The notes below the pieces were generated by a model. It searched no databases. It was not told the origin of the DNA and saw only the letters and a list, made by a program, of their open reading frames with translations. From a virus: a stretch of 64,000 nucleotides of DNA. The stretch is from positions 1 through 64,000 of the IMG/VR virus record IMGVR_UViG_3300030389_003255. One strand, 5' to 3'. Below, piece after piece: positions 1 through 9,198 of this stretch (position 1 is the first letter of the stretch; the number at the start of each line of letters is the position of its first letter). A program made the translations under genes and the position numbers.

Positions 1-1
1 A

Positions 2-547
2 ATATTAGTAATTGGAGCAGGTGGTATTGGGAGTTTCTTGATACCGCTTTTAGACAAAGTAGAATTGTATGACATAACGGTAGCAGACCCCGATAAGGTA
101 GAAACAAAGAATCTACCATATCAAAATTTTCAAGTAACAGATGTTGGAAATAATAAGGCATTAGTAATGAAAGACCATTATTCATTAACCAAAGCCATAA
201 TATATCCTATTCTAACTGAAAAACAAATGCAAGGATATGATTTGGTTATTTGTTGTGTAGATAATTTAGGCCTTAGAAGAACAATGTATAACACAAAGAT
301 TAAGTGGTTAGACTTGCGGGCGCAAGGCAGGAATGCCGCACTTGTGAGCCATAAAGCCGACATTAAGATGTATGAAAGTTTATTGGCAGGTAAAGACGGG
401 TCATTCTCTTGTCAAGGAGATTCTTGGGATGGGAGTAACAAAGGAGTTCATTTTATGCAAGTTGCTATTGCGGGAATGGGCGCACAATGGATTCAAAGAT
501 ACTTCAATGATGAAGAAGTATGTGACTTCAAGGTGGTGAATGTATGA
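2..547 (+). CDS. ThiF/MoeB/E1-like ubiquitin-activating enzyme family protein (5' end truncated by window edge)
   Basis: Frame is open from position 2 and reads ILVIGAGGIGS (Rossmann GxGGxG), upstream of the tracked start. Also has D-x-D-x-V-E-x-x-N-L (ADPDKVETKNL), DLVICCVDN..R and a candidate catalytic Cys (FSCQ). Confidence 0.85.
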   Translation: MLVIGAGGIGSFLIPLLDKVELYDITVADPDKVETKNLPYQNFQVTDVGNNKALVMKDHYSLTKAIIYPILTEKQMQGYDLVICCVDNLGLRRTMYNTKIKWLDLRAQGRNAALVSHKADIKMYESLLAGKDGSFSCQGDSWDGSNKGVHFMQVAIAGMGAQWIQRYFNDEEVCDFKVVNV

Positions 548-1065
548 GTAAAATGAAAGATAGATATTTCGATGAAATAAATAATGATGATGATGGATAT
601 GAAAAATATATGGAGGAACTAAGTGAGAAGAGGTTTTTGGCTGAGAGGCATATCATAGATAATTATGACAAAACAAAAAATATCAAAGATTTGTTTGAAC
701 CTATTTGGCATGCTTCCACTACAATTCTACCTCATTTAGAAGTTCAAGTTGTTATTGATGCTAACAGGGATATCCATGTCTCAACCGGAACAGCAGGATA
801 TGTAGACTTTCAAATAAATCCTGTTGGTATGAAACTACCTGTCGAATGTTGGATTCATACTCATCCTTTCGGTGTTGCTTATTTTAGTGGAACGGATATA
901 GGAACTGTTAGAGTTTGGCAACCCATTATGAAAGAAGCCTATGTATTAGGCGGAGTAGAACATTATGGCCATTGGACTCAAGATAGACCTAATGCACTAG
1001 ATATTTTTCATGACAATGAATATGAAGAAACACAAGTTTGGAATAGAAGAGGTGAAGAAGAATGA
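544..1065 (+). CDS. JAB/MPN (JAMM) metalloprotease, prokaryotic deubiquitinase-like
   Basis: JAMM motif E...WIHTHPFGVAYFSGTD (HxH-x7-S-x2-D); overlaps the E1-like gene stop. Confidence 0.85.
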   Translation: MSKMKDRYFDEINNDDDGYEKYMEELSEKRFLAERHIIDNYDKTKNIKDLFEPIWHASTTILPHLEVQVVIDANRDIHVSTGTAGYVDFQINPVGMKLPVECWIHTHPFGVAYFSGTDIGTVRVWQPIMKEAYVLGGVEHYGHWTQDRPNALDIFHDNEYEETQVWNRRGEEE

Positions 1066-1292
1066 AAGCATATGGAGATTGGGTTGTTCTGGAAAGAACA
1101 ACAAAGAAACTAGCAAGTGGATTAATGATTGATGCAGGTAATGTTGGATTAGTAGTAGATTCAGCAGATAAGAAAATCATAGGAAAGCGTGTTTTGTTTT
1201 CACAAAAGCATGAACAACATACCTATGGTGATTATTTCATGGTTCACAAAAATTCAGTAATGGCAATAATACAGGAAAAGGATGACGAATGA
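1062..1292 (+). CDS. groES: GroES-like co-chaperonin
   Basis: 76 aa with MKAYGDWVVLE, mobile-loop-like KLASGLMI, and GKRVLF...VMAII; directly upstream of groEL. Confidence 0.75.
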   Translation: MKAYGDWVVLERTTKKLASGLMIDAGNVGLVVDSADKKIIGKRVLFSQKHEQHTYGDYFMVHKNSVMAIIQEKDDE

Positions 1293-2818
1293 TAATTAAA
1301 GGAACAGAAGTAAAAGAAAAACTATTGAAAGGAATAGACATAGTAGCAGAAACAGTAAAGCCTACACTTGGCCCACAAGCAAAAACAGTTATTCTTCAGG
1401 GCAAACCTCCTGTAATAATTAATGATGGAGTTACTATTACTAAATACATTAGTCACGATGACCCCTATATCAATATGGGAATTCAACTAGTTCAAAACTT
1501 AGCAAGTCAAGCACAAGATGAATCCGGTGATGGAACAACAACCGCTTGTGTTTTGGCTCAAGCAATATGTCATAAAATGCTAGAAGCAGATGTAAAGGAT
1601 GTTCACTCCTTCAACAAAACACTTAATGAACTTAGAGATACTATTGTTAGGAATTTAATGCACAGTGCCAAAGAAGTAAAAGATACAGATGTTTTAGATG
1701 TAGCCACAATAGCCGCTAATAATGATAGTGAAATGGGTTCATTGATTAATGAAGCAGTGGGTATGGTTGGAAGAAGCGGAATAATAACAGTAGAAGAATC
1801 TAATTCTTACAAAACGGAATTAGTCCTACGAGAAGGACTGGAAATCAATGAGGGATATCTAAGTCATCTAATGTGTAATACAGATGGTGGAAAGGTGGTG
1901 TATGAGAATCCTATCATCTTCCTATCTAATTTATCTTTTAATGCCTTCAAAGACCTAATACCTATGCTTGAGTATGCTAGTCAATCGGGTAGACCCCTAC
2001 TAATTTTATGTAAAGGTCTAGATAGTTCTGCCATGAATAATCTACTTATGAATATAATAAATAATACAGTTCAATGTTCAGCAATACTAGCACCTAACTT
2101 TGGTGATGAGCAATTGGATGAACTTCTAGACTTACAAACAGTGGTCGGAGGAAAGGTGTTTGCTTCAGAAGTAAAAGACGACCCTACTATATTTGTTGAT
2201 GAGTCCTTTGGAAGTTGTGAACGGGTAGTTATAACAAAAGAAAAGACCACCTTTATCGGAACTAGCGGGACAGAAGAAGCAGTAGAAAATAGAATACAGG
2301 AACTAGCGAAAACTCTAGAGGAAATAAAGGGACATAGAGCCGCTAGACTAAAGAGCAGAATTGCTAGACTTAAGGGAGGTATTGCTACCATTAAGGTTGG
2401 TGCATCTTCAACTATAGAAATGAGAGAAAAGAAAGAAAGATTAGACGATGCTCTTAATGCTACTAAAGCCGCTTTAGAAGAGGGAATTGTAGTTGGTGGA
2501 GGACTAACTTTAATTCAGGCTTGCGATACCATACCTTCTAAATATAATTGGTTCAAAGAGGCGTTACAAGCACCTTACTTAACTCTATTACAAAATAGCG
2601 GAAGAGACGACTTGATGGCTATAATTAAGGATAAGCATGTTAGAAAGGATATCGCCAAAGGTAATGGATTTAATGCCCTAACTAATAAAATAGAGAATCT
2701 ATCAAAAGCGGGTGTATTTGACCCAGTGAAAGTAACTAAGAGTAGTTTCTTAGCGGCTATGTCTATTGCTCAATTATTCTTTTCTACTGATGTAGCGGTT
2801 TTGTTACCGGAGGAATAA
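1289..2818 (+). CDS. groEL: Group I chaperonin GroEL
   Basis: TLGP, NDGVTI, GDGTTTA, APNFGD, RIARLKGGIA, DDALNATKAALEEGIVVGGG and DPVKV motifs. Confidence 0.97.
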   Translation: MIIKGTEVKEKLLKGIDIVAETVKPTLGPQAKTVILQGKPPVIINDGVTITKYISHDDPYINMGIQLVQNLASQAQDESGDGTTTACVLAQAICHKMLEADVKDVHSFNKTLNELRDTIVRNLMHSAKEVKDTDVLDVATIAANNDSEMGSLINEAVGMVGRSGIITVEESNSYKTELVLREGLEINEGYLSHLMCNTDGGKVVYENPIIFLSNLSFNAFKDLIPMLEYASQSGRPLLILCKGLDSSAMNNLLMNIINNTVQCSAILAPNFGDEQLDELLDLQTVVGGKVFASEVKDDPTIFVDESFGSCERVVITKEKTTFIGTSGTEEAVENRIQELAKTLEEIKGHRAARLKSRIARLKGGIATIKVGASSTIEMREKKERLDDALNATKAALEEGIVVGGGLTLIQACDTIPSKYNWFKEALQAPYLTLLQNSGRDDLMAIIKDKHVRKDIAKGNGFNALTNKIENLSKAGVFDPVKVTKSSFLAAMSIAQLFFSTDVAVLLPEE

Positions 2819-2820
2819 AT

Positions 2821-3018
2821 ATGGGATATAGAAAAATGAAAGATTTAGCCTGTTTTGTTGCTGTCAATCTCTATGATTGGGATAAGCAAGACATAGAAAA
2901 TATGGTGCAACAAGTAGGTTGTATTGAAACCGTAGTTGATTTTCTTACAGCGTATGAACACAGATTCGGCCTTGACTTGAAAGATAAAATCGAATGGGCT
3001 TTGCTAGCGGAGGAATAG
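2821..3018 (+). CDS. hypothetical protein
   Basis: 65 aa ORF with GGAGG RBS, in operon. Confidence 0.55.
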   Translation: MGYRKMKDLACFVAVNLYDWDKQDIENMVQQVGCIETVVDFLTAYEHRFGLDLKDKIEWALLAEE

Positions 3019-3109
3019 AATTGAAATGTCCGACTTGTTGGAGAAGAATGCAAGGATATTATGCTAGAAGATTTGGTAAGTGTAAATATTGTTTGGAGAG
3101 TGAAAAGAA

Positions 3110-3511
3110 ATGAAAAAAAGAGCAGTAACAGTAACATTACCCGCACCGCATAAAGCACAGATTAAATGTCCTATTTGTAAAGGAAATAAGTGTATAGTTT
3201 GTAACATGACTGGTAATCTAAAGATAGATGTTGCACCAAAGATACCTATTCAAAGAGCGCATATCATAAAGTATGTTGTTGAGAACATACATGATATTGC
3301 AGGAGAAATCACAAAGAAATATGGTTTAGTTCCTGAAATAAATACGAAAGAAGTAATACAAGTGAATAACGGTCAATATGAGATAGTCCAAATATCTTCT
3401 TTGGGTGGGGCTTGTTGGGTAGTAAACAGATTAGACGAACTAGATACACCTAGATACTTTACTTCTAGAAAGGAACTAGATACATTCAAGCAGGGGTGGT
3501 TAAGTGAGTGA
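3110..3511 (+). CDS. Zn-finger protein (DnaJ-type CxxCxG repeats)
   Basis: CPICKGNKCIVCNMTG. Confidence 0.55.
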   Translation: MKKRAVTVTLPAPHKAQIKCPICKGNKCIVCNMTGNLKIDVAPKIPIQRAHIIKYVVENIHDIAGEITKKYGLVPEINTKEVIQVNNGQYEIVQISSLGGACWVVNRLDELDTPRYFTSRKELDTFKQGWLSE

Positions 3512-3710
3512 AATGCCAATAGTAGGAAGAATAATTAGAGATGCAACACAAGAAGTCTTAGTAAAAAGAGGAGTCTATTGGAATATAGAAGTTATGGATA
3601 TTCGTTGGTTTAGAAACGATAAACCAACTAATAAAGGCATCAGGCTGAACATGGAAGAGGCTAAAACTCTTCTAAATATATTAAGGAGTGAATTAGATGA
3701 CGGGAACTAA
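3504..3710 (+). CDS. PC4/p15-like ssDNA-binding protein
   Basis: DIRWF...KPTNKGIRL followed by a C-terminal helix matches the PC4 domain pattern. Confidence 0.75.
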   Translation: MSEMPIVGRIIRDATQEVLVKRGVYWNIEVMDIRWFRNDKPTNKGIRLNMEEAKTLLNILRSELDDGN

Positions 3711-3972
3711 AGGAATAAGCAAAAAGTTTGCGAAGAGAAGTTTAGAGAAAGCAAATCAACTTAGGCAACATACGCCTAAAGCGTTAGAAGAATATTCTAA
3801 AAAGGCACATGAAATATTAGATTTGTTTTCTTGTTATTTAGAAAATAACATGAAAGTGCCACCAAACTCCGGCAGGGGTTGTCGAATGACAGAAGAACAT
3901 ATCGAATTACATTTCGGTAAGTTCTATTTAACAATGAGAAAAGCAATGGATAGTGAGAACAATGGATTTTAA
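3697..3972 (+). CDS. possible divergent histone-fold protein
   Basis: Helix pattern and C-terminal SGRGCRMTEEHIELHF resemble archaeal histone AGRKTIKAEDIELA. Confidence 0.4.
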   Translation: MTGTKGISKKFAKRSLEKANQLRQHTPKALEEYSKKAHEILDLFSCYLENNMKVPPNSGRGCRMTEEHIELHFGKFYLTMRKAMDSENNGF

Positions 3973-4312
3973 TAAATTATATTTAATATGCAATAACAAT
4001 AAGAAATTTGACAACTGGACTCTAAAGTTCAAGAAGAAATTAACTGGTTTAGCCTTAGACCACTTCAATCAAGGTTGGGTTGATGTAAAACAAGGTAATT
4101 ATTTAGCAAGGGCAATTTTCGTGTGCTACTGGGAAATTTATGCTAATGGTAATTTAGCAAAAGTAAGTCCTGCTATTACTCAAGCCACCTTAGTTCATTT
4201 AATGCACAGATTTCTAGAACAAGAAAGATTTGAAGAAGTCGAATTAATCCAACATATGATGACTAACTTCCTGAGACTATTGACTGTAGTAGAACAGGGG
4301 GAAGAAGAGTGA
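3953..4312 (+). CDS. hypothetical protein
   Basis: 119 aa ORF overlapping both neighbours. Confidence 0.6.
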   Translation: MRTMDFNKLYLICNNNKKFDNWTLKFKKKLTGLALDHFNQGWVDVKQGNYLARAIFVCYWEIYANGNLAKVSPAITQATLVHLMHRFLEQERFEEVELIQHMMTNFLRLLTVVEQGEEE

Positions 4313-5844
4313 CTGATAAATGGATAACAGTTTGCAGATTATTAGAACAAACAGAAAAAATATTTCCCTCGACTCAAGTAGTATTAGTATCAAGACAACT
4401 ATCTCACTTCGATAACAAGGTGAATTTGTTTAAATTACTCTCTTTAGAATTACAAGAAAACAATATAGGCAAAGCCAAAGTAGAATTGTGGGTATCTAAA
4501 ATATTTGATTTGTTTCCTGAAGAAGTTTCTAATGCAGTTTCTAATTACGGGGATATAGGTAGTGCTATCTATTTCTTAGAGATATCTAAGAAGGCATCAG
4601 ATTTTACTTTAAAACAAATTTTAGATGTTCTTCAACTAGATTGTGCAAAATCCTCCGGTTCTACCTTTGACTTGATTAAAGAAATGGTAACTAAAATGTC
4701 CGACATAGAGAGAAAGTGGTTCTTCAGATTTTTAGTTAGAAAAACTAGGAATAATATGGGAGAAGGACAACTTAAAAAGATATTAGCAAAGCATTACAAA
4801 CTAAAAGCAAAGGATGTAAAATCTCATTTAAACTTCAACTCATTCTCTGATGCTGTAAGTTATTATGAAATGAATGAAACGCCTCCGATGAATTTATCAC
4901 ATGGCTCTTTTGTAAAACCAATGTTAGCAAAAGAAGTTCCCATGAATAAGTGGCCGGAGAATAAAATCGTAGATTACAAGTATGATGGTAACAGATACCA
5001 AATACACAAGGAAGGGGATAATGTAATCATCTTTAATCGTAAAGGCTCTATTGTCACTCCACAGTTTCAAGATGTCGTGGAGCGAGTTAGAGAGTATGAA
5101 GTAGATTGTATTCTTGATGGTGAGATTTATCCAATCAATGATGATGGCTCACCTGCCGAACATAAACTAATGGGAACAAGAGTTCATTCTAAAAACCATG
5201 CAGAAGCAAGAGAGAAAGTCAAAGTCAAGTGGGTCATGTTTGATTGTTTGAAATATGATGGTGTCACTGTTATGAATTTACCCTACTGGCATAGATTAGA
5301 GTTCATTAAACGCTTACCCGACCAAGCACTTAGAATGAAAGGGGGTGGTGATGTTCTAGCATTCTATAATAGAGCGATTAACGATGGTTTTGAGGGTATT
5401 ATTGTTAAGGATGCTTCTTTACCCTATGAAGCAGGTAAAAGAAGCGCAGGATGGGCTAAATATAAACCTCCACGCATTGAATTAGATGTGGCAATATTAG
5501 CGGCTAAATATGGCCAAGGTGATAAGTGTGATGTCTTTGCTTCATTCAACATAGGAGTAAAAACAGATGTAGGCTTTCATCCGGTTGGGTGGGTTGGAAC
5601 AGGATTTTCGGATGATGAATTGTATGAATTAACTAAGTCTTTACGAAAGAATGTGGAGTATTTTTCTGGTGGAATTTACAAATTGCTTCCAAGAACAGTT
5701 TTAGAAGTTTCAGCAGATTTAGTGTCAATGGATGAAAAAGGAAACTATGGCCTTAGATTCCCTAGATGTAAAAGAATTAGAGAAGATAAATTCGTAGCAG
5801 ACACAAATACTCTAGATGACATAATTAGATTATATTCCGAATAA
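4309..5844 (+). CDS. lig: ATP-dependent DNA ligase
   Basis: KPMLA, KYDGNR (motif I), ILDGEI, MFDCL, EGIIVK, WAKYK, VGTGFSD and LRFPRCKRIREDK. Confidence 0.96.
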   Translation: MTDKWITVCRLLEQTEKIFPSTQVVLVSRQLSHFDNKVNLFKLLSLELQENNIGKAKVELWVSKIFDLFPEEVSNAVSNYGDIGSAIYFLEISKKASDFTLKQILDVLQLDCAKSSGSTFDLIKEMVTKMSDIERKWFFRFLVRKTRNNMGEGQLKKILAKHYKLKAKDVKSHLNFNSFSDAVSYYEMNETPPMNLSHGSFVKPMLAKEVPMNKWPENKIVDYKYDGNRYQIHKEGDNVIIFNRKGSIVTPQFQDVVERVREYEVDCILDGEIYPINDDGSPAEHKLMGTRVHSKNHAEAREKVKVKWVMFDCLKYDGVTVMNLPYWHRLEFIKRLPDQALRMKGGGDVLAFYNRAINDGFEGIIVKDASLPYEAGKRSAGWAKYKPPRIELDVAILAAKYGQGDKCDVFASFNIGVKTDVGFHPVGWVGTGFSDDELYELTKSLRKNVEYFSGGIYKLLPRTVLEVSADLVSMDEKGNYGLRFPRCKRIREDKFVADTNTLDDIIRLYSE

Positions 5845-5863
5845 CGCTAAAGGTGATTATTTA

Positions 5864-6232
5864 ATGACAACCATTAACATACCACAAGCACCTGAAATAC
5901 CTGAGTGGATTGAAAAATATGGGTATGTAGATATTTTTTCATTTTTTGCTTATGGTAAACTATCTCAAGATGATGTTGATTTACTAATCAAAGGATTGAT
6001 GATAGCGTCCGATTTCAATACCTTTGATAAAATAGCAATAGCGTTTGATTACATTGGAGAAGATGAAGCAAGGGCAGTGATGAAATACAGAGGAACTAGT
6101 ATCAAATTTATCTTCGCTGGAGGGTATGCAGTCGTAGAAGATATGCTAACCACTACAATACTAGATGGTATAGATTACTTAAGATTCAAGGGAGATTATG
6201 TGGGACATACAAGGGGAGAATCAAATGTATAG
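5864..6232 (+). CDS. hypothetical protein
   Basis: 122 aa ORF with AGGTGA RBS. Confidence 0.6.
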   Translation: MTTINIPQAPEIPEWIEKYGYVDIFSFFAYGKLSQDDVDLLIKGLMIASDFNTFDKIAIAFDYIGEDEARAVMKYRGTSIKFIFAGGYAVVEDMLTTTILDGIDYLRFKGDYVGHTRGESNV

Positions 6233-6623
6233 TAAAGAAACACTAGCAGGAATAATATTATCAAATGCTACTTTACAAATACAGGCTAACAAAGACTTAG
6301 CGTATAAACTAGGATACTCGTTTAAAGTAAAAGTGGTTTTGAGAGGCAGGTCTGAGTATCTAGAAGGCATACATAGAAGTCTGTTACAGCAACAGATTAA
6401 TTCTACTATTAGAGTAGTTGAAAGTAAAAATAGACCGAAACCAATACTGTTCATTAGTAGATTGAGTGATTTAATGAAACTTCAATTACTTATACCTAGA
6501 AACATACCCGCTAATAAATTTGATAGAAGAGTATTTGAACGACTAATAGAAATCCTAAGTAAAAAAGAACATCTAACTCTAAAGGGTTTAGATGAAATAT
6601 TAAAAATAAAAGAGGCCTTATAA
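6225..6623 (+). CDS. degenerate LAGLIDADG-family protein
   Basis: LAGIILSNA helix, YKLGYSFKVKV strand and C-terminal KKEHLTLKGLDEILKIK, typical of single-motif LAGLIDADG proteins. The catalytic acidic residue is absent. ATG at 6225 follows a GGGGAG RBS. Confidence 0.6.
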   Translation: MYSKETLAGIILSNATLQIQANKDLAYKLGYSFKVKVVLRGRSEYLEGIHRSLLQQQINSTIRVVESKNRPKPILFISRLSDLMKLQLLIPRNIPANKFDRRVFERLIEILSKKEHLTLKGLDEILKIKEAL

Positions 6624-7465
6624 TGGGACTAATAAATATAAATAAAGAAAAACCAATAATCATAGTAGGTAAAGTTGGAACGGGAAAAACAACTCAAGCC
6701 AAAAAGCAACTACCTAATGCTAGAGTAGTTTATGCAAATGATTGCGATATAGATATATTTTCTCTGTCTAGAGATAATGGATTAATAATAGAAGATGTTC
6801 ATTTTAAACCGGATACTAAAATTATCTTAACTATAATTAGAAATTTTAGAGGTAAACTGATTCTAACTTCAATAAATCAAAAATCTATTCCTAAGCAAAT
6901 AAAAACTATGTGTAAAATAAAAAGAGCAGGAAAAGAAAATTTTCTAAGAGAGAGTATAAATACTCTAGCACCGAGAAGTGTAGAACCCAACTCGTATGAA
7001 AGAGATACCTTTTCTCTAGTTCAGGACTATCTTAGAACAAAAGATAGAGAATTGATTTGTGAATTATTGAAGTTTAACAAACCAAGCGACATACAACTAC
7101 TATCATGGTTAGATAATAATATTCACCCCAACAAAATAATGTTCGTTGATAGGGTAGTAAAGAGAAGATGGAAGTTAGATTACTTCTACGAACTGCTTAG
7201 TTATAGCCACGATGGTAATCATTTTGGTAGAACTGAAATGCCGAAAAGGGGTTCTTATTCTAAGATACCTTACTTAGCAAGAAAGATGAAAATCAAAGAC
7301 TTCAGAGTTTTCAAACAATTGCTTACTGATGACGAATTCAAAGCATATGTCGGGACTAAGATGAGCAATTCAGATTATCGTAGTCTAGGCTTGGGTGAAA
7401 AAATAAAAATAAAAAAACAAAAAAGACCGGAACAATATCAAAAGACATTAGGTGATTATCTATGA
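6623..7465 (+). CDS. rfcL: Replication factor C large subunit-like AAA+ ATPase
   Basis: Walker A GKVGTGKTT, Walker B IIEDV and C-terminal PIP box QKTLGDYL; near the RFC small subunit. Confidence 0.65.
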   Translation: MGLININKEKPIIIVGKVGTGKTTQAKKQLPNARVVYANDCDIDIFSLSRDNGLIIEDVHFKPDTKIILTIIRNFRGKLILTSINQKSIPKQIKTMCKIKRAGKENFLRESINTLAPRSVEPNSYERDTFSLVQDYLRTKDRELICELLKFNKPSDIQLLSWLDNNIHPNKIMFVDRVVKRRWKLDYFYELLSYSHDGNHFGRTEMPKRGSYSKIPYLARKMKIKDFRVFKQLLTDDEFKAYVGTKMSNSDYRSLGLGEKIKIKKQKRPEQYQKTLGDYL

Positions 7466-7740
7466 AACACACGATACACGGACATCAATGCGTTAATTGT
7501 GGTAAAGGAATGAGGATAACTAAAAGAAGCAGAATGTCCTCGACAACAAAACTTTGTTTTTCCTGTCTCAAGAATAGAGACGACTTACCAGAAAAATACT
7601 TCTGTGAGGCAATTTCTAAATCAACTAAAAAAAGATGTAGAACGATAACAATGGAAAGATATTGCTCTCGGCATAAAAATGGAGATGAAAATAATGAAAC
7701 ACAAATTAGCAAGAAAAAGAATAACAAAAATGTTAGATGA
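7462..7740 (+). CDS. Cys-rich Zn-finger protein
   Basis: CVNC...CFSC and CEAISKSTKKRC...YCSRH. Confidence 0.6.
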   Translation: MKHTIHGHQCVNCGKGMRITKRSRMSSTTKLCFSCLKNRDDLPEKYFCEAISKSTKKRCRTITMERYCSRHKNGDENNETQISKKKNNKNVR

Positions 7741-7918
7741 AGATAATCTAACAACAGGACAAATAAAAGAAAAACTAATTAATGCAAAAACCGCAAAAGG
7801 CAGACCTTCTACAAAGGGAGTATTAACTAGTAACCAGTTACAAATGGTTCTAAGCCAAAACTATCGAAAGGTTAGTTTTTGCTCTAAAACAAGACAAGTA
7901 ATATGGGGGAATAAATAA
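7694..7918 (+). CDS. small basic, possibly winged-helix DNA-binding protein
   Basis: LTTGQIKEKL...TSNQLQMVL...VIW pattern; start probably MKHKL. Confidence 0.45.
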   Translation: MKHKLARKRITKMLDEDNLTTGQIKEKLINAKTAKGRPSTKGVLTSNQLQMVLSQNYRKVSFCSKTRQVIWGNK

Positions 7919-8037
7919 TGGGATTTGAAATAGTAGTATTATTATTTTTGGCAGGTTTTCTTTATTGGTTAGGAGGCCTACTGATGCCGGAATTTAAACC
8001 AATACAACAAGAACTGATTAAATATGAGGAGGAATAA
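7918..8037 (+). CDS. small membrane protein (39 aa, not in ORF track)
   Basis: MGFEIVVLLFLAGFLYWLGGLLMPEFK...; TAATG coupling to the upstream gene. Confidence 0.55.
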   Translation: MGFEIVVLLFLAGFLYWLGGLLMPEFKPIQQELIKYEEE

Positions 8038-8039
8038 AA

Positions 8040-8264
8040 ATGAAAAGTGAAGATTTAGAAAGAAAAAGTGAAGAACTAAAATCGAAAGCATACGAAGCCG
8101 AACAACTTGAACAACTACTTGAATGGGCTAATAGGGCAGAAGGCTACATTACTGATATTTTAGGTATGATAGAAGAGGTTAATATTCAAGAACCTCATGG
8201 TTGGTTAAGTGAAATTGTGTATAATTTAGTTAGCGAAATAGAATCTAAGTTGGAGGCTTTGTAA
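8040..8264 (+). CDS. hypothetical coiled-coil protein
   Basis: 74 aa, GAGGAGG RBS. Confidence 0.55.
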   Translation: MKSEDLERKSEELKSKAYEAEQLEQLLEWANRAEGYITDILGMIEEVNIQEPHGWLSEIVYNLVSEIESKLEAL

Positions 8265-9175
8265 TGTTATGGACAGAAAAATATAGACCAAGTAAATTAA
8301 CTGAAATAAGAGGACAAACTAATTTTACAACAGATGCGTATAATTGGATTGAAGAAAACAATATGCCTAACTTGTTAATCTATGGTCAATATGGAACGGG
8401 TAAAACTGCGGCAAGTATTGTTTTAGCAAAGTCTATTCTAAAAGATGATTTCAAAAACAACTACATTGAAATCAATGCTTCGGATGATAGGAAACTAGAA
8501 ACCGTTAGAACGACAATTAAGAATGTAGCACAAAGCATGACTTTGGGTGATGCACCATTTAGAATAATCCATTTAGATGAAATGGATGGTATGACAAGTG
8601 ATGCTCAAAATGCCTTGAAGAGAATCATGGAAAGATATGCTGACAATGTTAGATTCATTATAACCTGTAATGATAGGAACAAAATTATATTTGCTCTACA
8701 AAGCAGATGTGCAAACTACAACTTCAAGCCAGTATCTAATGAATCCATGCTCGAAGTGGTCAAGGATATTCTATCAAAAGAGAGAGTTACGACCTTTCAA
8801 GAAGAGGACTTGAAGGAGTTTATATATTCTATGAATGGTGATTTACGCAGGGCAATTACTGAATTACAGGCCGCCAAATCAAGCAAGACCACACTTAAGA
8901 AACAGGTAGAATCGGGTCTAGAAGAATATCAAAAAATACTAATAAAAATAACAGATAAAAATTCCAACACAATTACTGATATGCACAATTTAATTTACGA
9001 GGGTAGGTCTATGAAAGAAATTTGTAACGGATTACACGATGTCGTGTTAGGTTCTACCGGACTAGATACAGCGCAGAAGTTCAAACTACTGCGTGTTATA
9101 GGAGAAGCCGAGTGGCGTTCTTCGACAATGACTCCAAAGATATTAGCGTCATGGATGGTGGGGCAATTACTTTAG
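8264..9175 (+). CDS. rfcS: Replication factor C small subunit (clamp loader)
   Basis: WTEKYRP, GQYGTGKT, EINASD, LDEMDGM, AQNALKRIME, SRC and GDLRRAI. Confidence 0.95.
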   Translation: MLWTEKYRPSKLTEIRGQTNFTTDAYNWIEENNMPNLLIYGQYGTGKTAASIVLAKSILKDDFKNNYIEINASDDRKLETVRTTIKNVAQSMTLGDAPFRIIHLDEMDGMTSDAQNALKRIMERYADNVRFIITCNDRNKIIFALQSRCANYNFKPVSNESMLEVVKDILSKERVTTFQEEDLKEFIYSMNGDLRRAITELQAAKSSKTTLKKQVESGLEEYQKILIKITDKNSNTITDMHNLIYEGRSMKEICNGLHDVVLGSTGLDTAQKFKLLRVIGEAEWRSSTMTPKILASWMVGQLL

Positions 9176-9198
9176 AGAAAAATACAGGAGGTAAGTAA

